A stretch of 64,000 nt of DNA from Phoronis australis (Eukaryota; Animalia; Phoronida). The DNA lies in the NCBI GenBank assembly GCA_002633005.1, contig NMRA01000034.1, forward strand, positions 204,136-268,135. The letters run 5' to 3'. The stretch's first letter is position 1. Every line of letters begins with the position of its first letter. The notes below the pieces were generated by a model. That model ran no database searches. It was not told the origin of the DNA and saw only the letters and a program-made list of their open reading frames with translations. The translations under genes were made by a program, and so were the position numbers. Below are positions 49,640 to 61,600 of the stretch, one piece after another.

Positions 49640-50700
49640 ACCGATTGGCGGATTTCAAAGCGTGTCACAGACGTATATCATGTGAATGCACCACTTGATT
49701 TTCGGGCCGGATTCGAAGACTGCAGTGCCTCGTAATGGCCATTTTGTGTGAGAGCGTTTTTGAATGATATGTAGAGAACCGAGTGAAAGATTGACGCAGA
49801 GGTTTGTGATGACACAGCGGCGGCACCATTGAAATTTCGGGTGGATTCGACCACTGTATCACCTCACAGTGGCTATTTTGTTCTACACAAAGACTTTTAA
49901 GTGCTGTTTGGGGAATTAGGGGCGTTTCCAAATGATATCTAAGGAACGAATGACGGATTTTATTGAAACTTGACGCAGAGGTGTATGATGAGATTGCGCC
50001 GGCTCCATTAGATTTGCAAGTGGATTCGACAGTTTCCAGTTTGTATGAGAGTATTTTCATATGATAAGTAGAGAACCTAGTGAAGGATTTCAATGAAATT
50101 TAGCTCAGAGATATGATGACAATGCGACAGCATTCGGGCGGATTTGACCACCGTAACACCCCATAGTTTTCAACATGGCGATTTTCAAGTGTTGTTGGGG
50201 GGAAGAGCGTTTCTGGATGACATCTAGGGAATCAATTGGCGGATTTCATTGAAAGACTACGGAGAGATAAAAATATCAGTGCCTCAACACCATTAAATTT
50301 TCGGCAAGATTCGACCATTGCAGCACTCCACAGTTGCCATTTTGTATTCGGCAAGGCGGTTTCAAGTGTTGTTAGAGGAAGAGCTTTTCGGATGATATGA
50401 AGAGACCGACTGACGGATTTCGATAAAACTTGACACAGGAGTATACGATGTTAATAGGCTAGCACTCCTTATGATTTTTAGAAAGATTTGGATTAAACTT
50501 GACACAGAGGTATGTGACGTCAATGAGCTATCACCGTAATTTTCTTTTGGAATCGTTTACTGCAGCACCTCTAGGCGGTCATTTTGCTCCCAATCGGTTT
50601 TCGTGTGTTGTTTGAGGAAGAGTAATTTCGGACTCAAAGAAACATCACACAGTCATGTAATGTCAGTGACCTGGGCAATTCGTTTCATAAGTGGATTTTG
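49640..50700. mobile_element. Degenerate tandemly repetitive interspersed element (HINE-like)
   Basis: Recurrent GAGAACC...GGATTT(T/C)ATTGAAACTTGAC and GGATTCGACCA motifs. Boundaries are approximate. Confidence 0.45.
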
Positions 50701-50786
50701 AAGTCGGTTGTGGGGGGCCGGGATGAGTGTTTCTGAATGACAGATTTCAGTGAAAGTTTAAATTTTGGTATCTGATGACCACTGCT

Positions 50787-51759
50787 GGTGTAACGTTAAA
50801 TTTTGACTCCCATCAAAAAATGACCCAGGCCAATGTTTTAGCGTTGGAAAGTTGCCCCGGTCATTTTCAACGTTAAATATTGGTCCACCGCCGCTATTGA
50901 AAACGTGTCAGCCAGTTGAAATTGTGTCAATGGAGGCAATTTTCAACGATTATGGCAACCGTCAAAGCGAGGGCGGACCTTCCATGACATCATGTGGTTT
51001 CTTTCATGTAGCTATCATCCGTAGCGGATTAACGATAACTGGGGCCCTCAGATGTGCTCAAGTTTGGACTCCTTGTTCCAAAGTCCCGGGGACATTACCA
51101 CTGACTGGTTATACAAAGACGTGCTCTCGAAAAGGACCACTTTTAAGTTACAGTCGTGTTAGGTCACTCCCATCACCACCAGTTGACTAGATTTTGGGAC
51201 CGGGAGTGTTTTTTCTGACGAGGTTGCGGGTCCCGCTCTGAGTTGAGATAGACTTCCTAAATCAAGACATTAGCGTGCAGAGGGGGTGGGGGGGGGGGGG
51301 TTCAAATTCAAATTCTTGAGTGCAAAAACGCATAGCTGGGAGTGACCCTCGGGGTGATTCACTGGCAGGGAGCCCTCGGACACTCCTTTATCAGGTGATG
51401 GTCAGGATCTGTGGACGTGCGGCCTTTTTGACCGCCACCTGTACGGTGTCTTACCTCTTGCCATTGCAATACTCATTTGCACTGTGAGTCCGGATATTAA
51501 CTCAGTGTTTTTGTTTTTGTTTTTGCCGTTGATAGCTGACCTTTGCCTCCCCCCTGTCCGTCTACTCGCCAATATTTCCCCCGGTAAGTGTGAGAGTGGG
51601 ACTCCTGTGGAAAGCACCCTCCAACAAACGTCAAAGTAAGGGTCCGAAATTTAACGAGGGTCACCTTTTCACTCGTCAATTTTCAAGGTTAAAAATGGTC
51701 ATGTTGAAAAAGTGACCCCAAGTCTTTTTTCCACGGGGGTCAAACTTTAATGTTATACC
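50787..51759. mobile_element. MITE-like element with ~24-bp imperfect TIRs
   Basis: GGTGTAACGTTAAATTTTGACTCC / GGGGTCAAACTTTAATGTTATACC, with subterminal TTTTCAACG/TGACCCC repeats. Confidence 0.6.
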
Positions 51760-53798
51760 GACGTACCTTTGTGTGTCAAGTTTCACTGAAACCCGTTCTT
51801 TAGATTTCACCCGGAAACGCTCTTCCCCAAAAATGCAGTTTCGTAGACGCAAGAATTTCGCTCAGAGAACTACACTCCCAAAATACAAACTATGAGTATT
51901 GCTAACTTCCCACTTAGTCGGAGGTAAGCATGGAATAAAAGGTTTACCGGCAAAACAGCGTTTTTATTTGAATCTTTGAGGCAGTATGTCACAGTACAGA
52001 ATTTCCAGGCGTTTCTTGTATTAACATACATAGCTTGCAAACATTTTTAAGTCTTGTCTGCACGCCACCTTTTGATCACAACGCATAACCTGATGACATC
52101 AAGATTAGACTTAATAACGCTTGCAATCTACATGTACTTTCCATCCTGGCTTAAGATTTACATATTCATATACAAACATTTTATATCCCGCCATCAATAC
52201 TAGAAAGCAAATATACTAAATATTAATATCACAGCGTTATAATAGTCAAGCCACGGTATATAATAATAAAGATTCTCCAATAGAATGTCTGGGATCTCCC
52301 TAAGCAAAGTGTGGTTGGGGTGGTTTGTTTATCGAAAAGCCAAAGAAGTTGTTCGACCCATGTTTGGGCATTTACAGCTTTGGCGTCAACGCATTATTAC
52401 TGGAATGTTCAACGATAGCCATTCATTAAGGTTAGTACTAAACATAAAATAACATAGTTTCGCGACCATGACTCAAACATTAAAGAGACATTATAGGTTT
52501 CACGGCCGAAAGACGCATTTTTGTGACGGTTGGATAGGATAGACGTCTTCAAGTTATTAATTTTGGCCAAAGCTTTGACAAAAATGACAATATCCGTTGT
52601 ATTTGTATGAGTTGTTAAAAATCTCATATTTTCGACGTTGTCTGACAACCAATCGCTGATATCAAGGCTCGTGACTGTACCAGTTACATGCACATAAAAA
52701 TATACACTTAAAATACAAGGTCAAGTTATATCAAGTGTCGTTTTAGCTCCGCCAGCAGAGCTTAGACTGCGATCGCGAGATTGCAGATACTGATCCCAGA
52801 AAATAATTTTTTTTCTCGCATATAGTGTCCCTTTCTTATCTAACAGAATCATACAAGTATATTCTAAAGCCTCATAGTTAACATCAGTAGATATTTACTA
52901 CATGTGAAAAGGCCGCACGTAGGTTTTTAGAATCGCAGGACTATGTCCCTGACTGACATTACATAATTCATATTTTGATTTCAGTTCGGTATCTAGGCAT
53001 CAAAATCAAATATTTGGGTATTGAACAATTATTTCAATAATTGTATCATTTTCAAGTGAAACTCCGCTTTTTCCCTTCGTCAATGCGCCAAGTCAAGAGG
53101 CTAAGGCATATGATTGGTTCTCGATTACGACTTCCGGCTTGTGCAGACCAATCAAATGTCTTACCCGGTTGACTCAGCGGAACCGATCAAGTCAAACAAC
53201 TGCAGCCATTGCTTTGAGTCAGAATTTGCCGAAAAGCCACTGATATAGGTACATGAAGGCAGAACTAAATTTTCAATTCTCGCTGAGTTAAGAGTCACTG
53301 CATGAAAAAGTTAGGAACGACATTTTTGACAGAAACTAATGTGATTGTTCATCACTCTATGAGTCAAAAATCTGGGATTTGAATTGTCATGTTCCGACTC
53401 ATGTTTGCCCGTCTCTCTCAGGCAATGACTCCTAAAGTGGCAACGTCACTTGAACATGGTGAATATGTCAGTTTTCTTCTTGAAATTAGACTGACCTCTG
53501 TTGAGCTACACGTGCCTCAAAACTGCAATCCAAAAAGAAACCGAATAAACCGTGTTTTGCATCCAGTCATACAAATAAATACAAACCGAAGAACATTAAA
53601 TGAGCGTGCTACCACATAAAAACTAAGTATTTTGCATCAATTTAGATCGATCACATCTGCTCAATAACAACACCTTCTATTGTTTTACCCGACACCAGAC
53701 GCCATGCGAGGTACTAAAACTAGCCTGTGATGATACGAGGAATGTTTTCAGTCATCTCCAGTAATAGATTGATTGATTCCTATAGCCTGTGATGTCAT

Positions 53799-54847
53799 GA
53801 AAATGAAAATAAGGTTTTATTCGAAATGGTTTCAAAATTTCTTTTTAATATTAAATCTTTGTGTGAGTTGATAATACCGTATACATATGCTTAATTTCGA
53901 ATAACAGTTAACTAATTATTAAGACCTACACAAAGGTATAATATTGTAAAATTCAGCCCAGAAACCACAGTTAGCATTATATCCGCGCTTTATACAATGA
54001 ACACACAATAATAAATAGGAATATCCAACTCTTATCATTATATACAAGAATAAGAGAAAAGTGAAAAGTGACATTGGCTCACAACACATCAATACAACAG
54101 CAGACAATGATGAACAACAATGATGCGACAGAATGAAGCAGTATGAGATTAGTTTCTCCATTGAATTTACTTGAACCTTTAATGAGGGTATTGGCTTTGT
54201 CTAGCAAACTACGGGATTCATTAGGTGCAGAGAACACATCAGAGTTACTTTCGATGATCTGCAAGAGTCCCTGTCGTTGTTGAAAATTAATTGGACAGTC
54301 CAATAAAACGTGAAATTTAGTCTGAACTTGCCCACAATTGCACAACGGAGAGATGTCTCTGAAGTTGTTTCGAAATTTATCAGAGTTAAGTAAAAATCCA
54401 GAACGCAATCTATTGAGAGATATCTCGTGAGATCTAGGAATAGTTTTAAGCTTGGTAAGAGGGAAAGGTAGATTGGCATGACAGAAGCGATTTTAAAGCT
54501 TTTTTTGATCATTGAGGGTGAACGACTATCTCTTAAATTTGAAGGCAGTGCATTCCAATTGTCTATACGCATTGGAATTGTTGATCTGCGACTTGCGCTG
54601 GAATATGCCGGGGATATTGTGAAAATAGAGTATACCTAAGGCCAGGCCTTCAGCATTTCTCTTTCATATTTGTTAAATAAATACGAGCTTATTAGGGGCA
54701 TTGTTTAATGTTATTGAGAATTTTAAATGTGTACATGATTGTGTGTAGTATCCATTGTTCGGAAAGTGTAGACCGATTCAGGCTGTTGAGAACTTTGTTT
54801 TTTCTGAACCTTTAAAAGATCCTGTGATTGAAAGTGCAGCTTGATAC
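53799..54847 (-). mobile_element. 5'-truncated CR1-group LINE insertion with an intact target-site duplication
   Basis: 15-bp TSD AGCCTGTGATGTCAT (53784-53798 and 54848-54862). Minus-strand peptides YQAALSITGSFKG, WNALPSNLR and CNCGQVQTKFHVLLDCP (zinc knuckle). The 3' end has AATAAA plus an (ATTTTC)n tail. Confidence 0.88.
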
Positions 54848-55649
54848 AGCCTGTGATGTCATCCGATCTCAACAGTTGTGCCGTTCATCATGGGCATTTA
54901 GCGGTATAAAGTTTTCCCATGATTTTAATGTTTCACACCAATAAAATATTAAACATCGATGCAAAACCCTTATCAATAGATTGAATTTTAAAAAGGGGCA
55001 TTTTAATTTTACAATAATTACTTATTTATAGAAAGTTTGAATGTGGCTAGGCTCGAACCCCGTCAAACTTACCGAGTTCAGCTGCCGTGAAATAAAGAAA
55101 AGAGGTAATCACTGTGTACAGCGTACAGTAAATAACGCTTGGTAATAGTTCCTTCCAGACAGACGAAACGCTCACTACCACGCACTGACTCCGGCGCCAG
55201 CCAGGCCGTCGCCTGAATGATCGCGAACACAGCGTACCAGATCAGCCCGCTCTGATGCGGAAGATGACCACTATTGAAACGATTGGACTTGAAAAGGCCT
55301 AGCTGAAGTGACCGAATGATGAAATATGAAATAAAAAACCACAGGATTTCGCAGCGCAATTGTATGGCAATTGTTAGCGTTGCGGATAGTGTCCCCGTGC
55401 CGGGTTGCATGAAAGAGTCCCAATAGGGATTCAATTATATTTTCTAACTTTTCAGCGCATTTGTAGACCCTGTTTGGCCTTTTGGTATGATGCATTAAAA
55501 GAAAATGCCACAAGCAAAAAGGAGCTCACGCTAAAGATAAAAGTGATGGGATAACATCGGTAAGAGATCAAAGTCTATAAAAGCGTTGGAAATTTAGAGA
55601 AGAACGTAGAGTCTCTATTACGTCATGCAACCTGCCAATGATCTTCTGT

Positions 55650-58600
55650 TCAGAAACCAAACTCGTCTCCAAACCTTGGGTCAAGTAAAGGCGTCGGACT
55701 TGTTGGACTATTCAAGTAGGATGGCGACGGAACTTCATAATCATCGTGTTGTTCGATTAAATTATCCGCTTCTTCTTGCAGCAATCGTTGTAAATCTTCT
55801 CTTTCTTTTCGACGGAAGAAACCAACCTTTGAACAAATATTAGAAAGAACCATTTCACTGCTTATACATGTATTACCAAAATCACACTTAACCTCTACTT
55901 CATCGGCTTTTTAAGACATCCGCCAAGACAAAACTACCCGTTCATCTCGGTGAATTTAAGCTCAAGTGTCTCGTAAAATGCATTTTCCAAAATTTGAGCA
56001 AGTATTTCTCAAATAATAGCGTGTGTGTGAGTTCCACTTGGTGTTGACGGTTATCAGTAGCACAATCACATGTCTAATGGCCCAGATGTAAGTGTCGTTT
56101 TCGCTACAGTTCGCTGGATGAGTTACTCCATAACTGCTGACGTATAAGTAGCTGTCAAACAGGCCAAGTTAGCAATGGGATTCAATTAATCCCCTTCTGG
56201 CGGTATGATTGTTCTCATTTTGGGCTTGGAGGGGGTAACTAGTCCATCGAGTAACTTAAAATTTTGCAAAGGGTCGTAAATCATTGGTGTTGTTCACACA
56301 AAATAGATCTTTTGAAATTGACGTGACGTGCGAGGTCAGGGAAGTAGTTATGGGGAATACTGCTCTTAGTAATATAACTGTTCCGACCTCTGTAAGAGGA
56401 CAAAGCTTAACAAAACGTTTATAGTGCTGGCTGAGAAGATAATTGTTTTATTATCCACTATCAGTTTTGAATAGCCCGTCCCGGAATGCTGGTTCAAACT
56501 TGCTTCCTTAGAATCTGCAGGCACCACCTTAGATCAAACATTTTCAGGAAATTTGTGAGTGCAACCCGTGCCAGTAGGGGAACATTTACCTCTAACAGCT
56601 GAGCAAAAATTATTTCTTAGCAGAGGCCTTCTAATTCCCCGTGGAATACTTCGGCTCCAATAAGGCTTCCGTACCAGAAGCCCACGGTCTGGCATTTGTT
56701 GCACAAGCCTTTTAGAATTACGAAAAGATTTCTCAGTCAGGATAATCTCTCAACGCAGAAAAAGGCACGTTTCAGATGACTTAACTTGCTTTCTGATTTA
56801 CATGTTAGTATACGTCTATGAAAATGGACTGAAATTCCGGATCCATAAATTATTTTATGCCAGTTATAAACAAATATTTGTAAGAAATTTGGGTAACGAA
56901 TTTTGATGCAGGCTGAAATGCGGTAAAAACGGTATCAATCGTCTCCCAAAGTATCCACAGTTGGACCTAAGATGTCACCCAAGGTGTCATTACCACAAAT
57001 ATCCAAGGAAAAATATTCCCGTAACGCCTACTATATTTCAGGTCGCGTACGGAGAGGTGCCCTCAGTGTGCCTATGATTCAGTGTATTTTGACGTAAGTT
57101 AATGAAATGCGGGTAAATCTATTCACTATTTGCACGAACTCGCTATTACATGTATGTTTGAAAACGAGGGGTTGTGTCCAAACTACAAATAGTTCTGCAT
57201 ATTTGGAACACGCGCGCTTTTCTGTTTGCATTGTAAAATAGATGCTAAAACGAGGCATCGTGTTCTAAACAACAATGCACAACAATAATTTTCGCAGCGC
57301 CACCAAAGTGTACAAGTAATGAGTAACATATGCCCTCAAACAGCAAAGTACAGATACGCCATAATGTAGAAAACTGCTAATTTTACTGTCTTACTTTCAC
57401 TGTATCCGAAGTAAAACGACAAAATATATGTTTAACCAGACGTAGAGGATACCACAATCGTCCTGCATGTTCACAAATGTTATTCAGTGCATTCAGACAT
57501 TGATAGCAAACATTGTATACTGCAAGAACATTCGCTAACAACAAAACAGGCGGTCTACAGTCTAACCGCAAAATCAAGAGACTGATCTTCACCATTTAAA
57601 CGTTGTCTGACTCATCTTTCCGGCCAACAATATTACACGTTTCCTACCTTCCAGAAGATAACAACCAATGTGCCAAGGAGCCCGATACCAACGCCAATGC
57701 TGACAGCCAATATCCAACCAGCCATCTTTTTTGGTTCTCGTTCTTTCCGGTAAATAAGTGTAGATACCTGGGAAAATAATCCAATTGTTTGCCGTCATTT
57801 CATTATGTAAGTAACACAAATCAAGGGCAAGTACACATACGTGTCCCAACTGTTGACATATGTGCCTTGGTTAATTTTTCAAGGTATTAACCAAATAAAG
57901 AATCGGATAACTTACGTTTTTTGTTGTGAATATCCAAGGGCAGGCCTAAAATTTGTAGCTTTGTGCTTGATTAAACGCAACATTATGCATTATGCCTTAT
58001 GCACTATTCTCCGAAATGCTATCAGGAACTGTGTTTAAAACATTCCACTTTTATGAGGAATTTTGCGAGTTCCTTGAAAAAAGTTGCACACAACGAAAAT
58101 GAAATAAATGATATTTAGTAACAGTAACAGCGTTTAGGGATCTCATCTCGAAGACTTATATCAAATAAAATATGGTCATATTATCAATACCGTTGATTTG
58201 ACATCAGTGTATCTTTCCTTTTCGTTAAAATTTAGTAAAGAAACATGGTCATGTGACCCAGTTAATTTGTGATTAGAAGTCAAAAATCAATTTTTACAGG
58301 CTTTCTAATTTCAAAAACGAATTTTTAACCATATCTTAATATATTTGGGTAAATAAGCAAACTGGTCAATTAAGGTCCTCATAACCTTGATCCTCCCTAC
58401 TACCATGACTTAAAAGTTACATGTACACCCCATTCATCCTGATTATGTGCAGACAGTGCATTACCATACACTTTGTGTTTCCAATGTAATACACTTAATC
58501 TGGTAGAAACAATTACAGGCCCACTACTGTCTAACAAAGATTCACACGCTCATTTAACTCAGGCATGTCTTCGTGAGCAGGCTTGACTTACTGCTTGGTT

Positions 58601-61600
58601 GGAGGGTACCTTCCTATCGCCAGATGTCCTAAGACATTAAAGCACCTCGCCTAACCTAGTCTTGAAGTACCAAGGTCTGTAAACACTACCTCCCATGCAC
58701 AACGCAAAATTAATTTATAGTGAAATTAATATTCGTGCAATGTACCCCTACGCTACATTTTAGTTAAAGACAATCCATGTAACGGGAGGCTGAATATCTG
58801 ACCACGTACGCTTCCCAATATCAACTTACTTGAACTAACGAGGGCAATGATGTCAAATTATGAGTATCGTAACTTTCCCAGTTTGAGCGCATAATTACTG
58901 ATGACGTCAAACGCGTGCTATCTTCCATATCCTAAAAATGTATATGGGATCAGTTCATGTATAATTAACATCATCAGGTATTTCATTTATAATTTCAGTA
59001 AGATTACGTAAAAAAATCTCAAAAGTTAACCCTCACCCCATCATGCTAAAGTGGCAAGTGACTAGCTTAGCCTCTTTAATGCAATTCACAAATTCTTGTC
59101 AGACCTCATTGGAGGGTTTAGAAAGGTCACCCTGAGGACACGTCGAAAGCACAAAAACGTCGCTTTTAAGCTTACACAGACAATTCCCCTTCTAATGCCA
59201 TGGTTGCCTTCCCCTTTAAAACGCAAACCTTTTTAAGTCTGGTCTGCACGCCACCTGTTGTCTACGTTAGGTGACCTAATGAATATTAATCTGAAAAGGT
59301 TTCTGCCCCGACCTGGCCAAAAAACGTTTGTTGTGATTGCATACGCCCGCCTAAAAAGCTAATCGATGAAACAACTCATACTTGACAGTTTCTCAGCGTT
59401 GTTAAGTTAAGTGAAGCAAATAAAGTCAACAAGAGGCTCTCTTTAGGACCCATTTGATTGATGACACAGAGCGATCTTGAACACAAAGCAGTGGCACAGT
59501 CCTACAACGAAATTATAAATTTCGGGATTTAGTGAATATTAACATTTAATGAAGGACTAAATGGGCAGTTGGTCAATAATATTTATGGTGATGATGACAA
59601 TTATGATTGTGGTCACCGTGACACAATTATGATTGTGGTCACCGTGACAATAATGCAATAACTTTAATTTTTTATGGGCCGCTGAGCAGTTCTTGATAAA
59701 ATCAGCGGGCAAGGAAATGTACTACAGGACGGGTGGACAGACGAGGGCGGGATGCTGACTGTAAGTGGTCACATGGGGCCATAAATTCACGGTTTTTTAG
59801 TCAGTCTATCACAAAATAATCGCAGTAAAACCAATACATATGGCTGTCACGACGATCTTAGCGGCAAGCCAATGAAAATTCCAACGACAGCCAATTCGCA
59901 TGACTTGATATTCGTATGTGACTCATTCTTTGCTTACCAAATGCTTGAGAGATTTTTTATCGTTTTACGAGTTTTCTTGCCTGGAATCTAGTTGTGTCAT
60001 TTCCAAGTTTATATTTTTATAGTGTACACGCCGAATGTGAGTAACACACACGGACTTATTTTCGTCATACCAATATAAAGGTTCCACTCTTCCCATCATT
60101 AATGATTTCAGTGGCGCCTATTTCCGTTACTCGAGCAGAACTGTTGAGACTATCCAAGTTTGTCTGGCAACTCCAGCTAGCGTCCTTGAGATTGTCATTC
60201 GTGATCTAAACACATCAATACTCAAGATGAATTTAACAGTGTGTAGGATAACAAAATTTATAGTGGATACACAACCCAGTTTTTTATGCTGAGCCTAAAA
60301 GAGTCGATGCCTGAGAAAATTGTGACAAATGAAATTACGGAACACATTTCTGAGCCGATTGGACAAAGTGGTTTCACTTAAATCAGAGGTCTTTACCCAC
60401 GGTGAATGAATGCACCTGCCTTAAAAGGAAATATGTCACTCAATGAACGATCACTTTCAGTTAACCATCAGCTATATGTGTGATGTGATCTTAATAACGG
60501 TCATTTTCCGTAACAACTTGAGGCTGGTAAATCTTGGCAGCTCAAAATCATACTTACACTTTCAACCCGTCTATAAAGATGCATCTGTTCGTGTTCATTT
60601 AACTAATCCTTAAACACTAAGCAAGAGCACTGCTTAACTTCCACTAGATCGAAAGTAACGAAGACTCTTGCTTAATTTTAGGTCTGTAATCGTACAAACT
60701 ACCATGTATGGATGTTAGTAAAAAAGAAAAATACGAAATTCCACGATTACACATGTTCACACCTCTGCCTCATTTTCTCCGGCAACGACATACTAGTAGA
60801 ACTCTTAAAAGCTCGTAGAAACGTAATAATAGTACGCAGCCAACACTATCTATCAAGAGTTTGAAAAGTTTTTGGAAACTAACAGAGCCCACGAGCGTGA
60901 CTAGAGTGTTAGGCGAATTAATCCAACGGACTGTTGGATTGGACCGCCCACCAAGGTACTTTAGTAACACAATGAGGAAGCGTAGTGGAATAATGTTTAT
61001 TATTTTTCAGAAGAAGAATTATTTGTACAATGCCAGGAGAGAGAACTAGCTTTCGTGAGATTTCCAAAAACGGGTAACGTAAATGTCTCTGTAATAAGGG
61101 TTACAACTTCCTTGGACAAACTAATAGTATGACAGCTTTAGCGTCGTCTCTACAGGGTTTCCATCTGCATTTGAGTTGAATTATGCCCACAATGATTTAT
61201 GTCATGTCATTAAATACATATTTACAGACAGGCTACGTGTCTATGAGACATATCCTGTGCTAATACATGGAAAATCAAATTGACCAACTGTTAAAAACGA
61301 AATGACTTAACTGCAGTGATCGTATAGTTCACTGCGTGCTGACCTCTCACCTCTATAGAAGTAAGTTCTGCCAAAGGTTCGCCATTGGCGGTTCGTGTCG
61401 GGAAAAAGAGTTCCAACCTAAGTGGCGGCATTAGACTTGGTCCACGATTTGTTATGTCTAGCAAGTGAGTCAGCTGCTGGGGTTTAATCGGTTCCGTCTC
61501 GTTAACCACGTTTTTCGAATAGTATAATTGCTCTGGATTGGACTTCCTGAAAATAACGCCAGGCAACAGAAACGAGCTTTTAGAACTTAAGTCACTAATT

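Noticed and set aside
58592-58628. Possible 37-nt extra integrin exon (TSGDRKVPSNQA)
   Set aside because: It is phase-incompatible with the flanking exons 58830-58931 and 57648-57767, which already join in frame.
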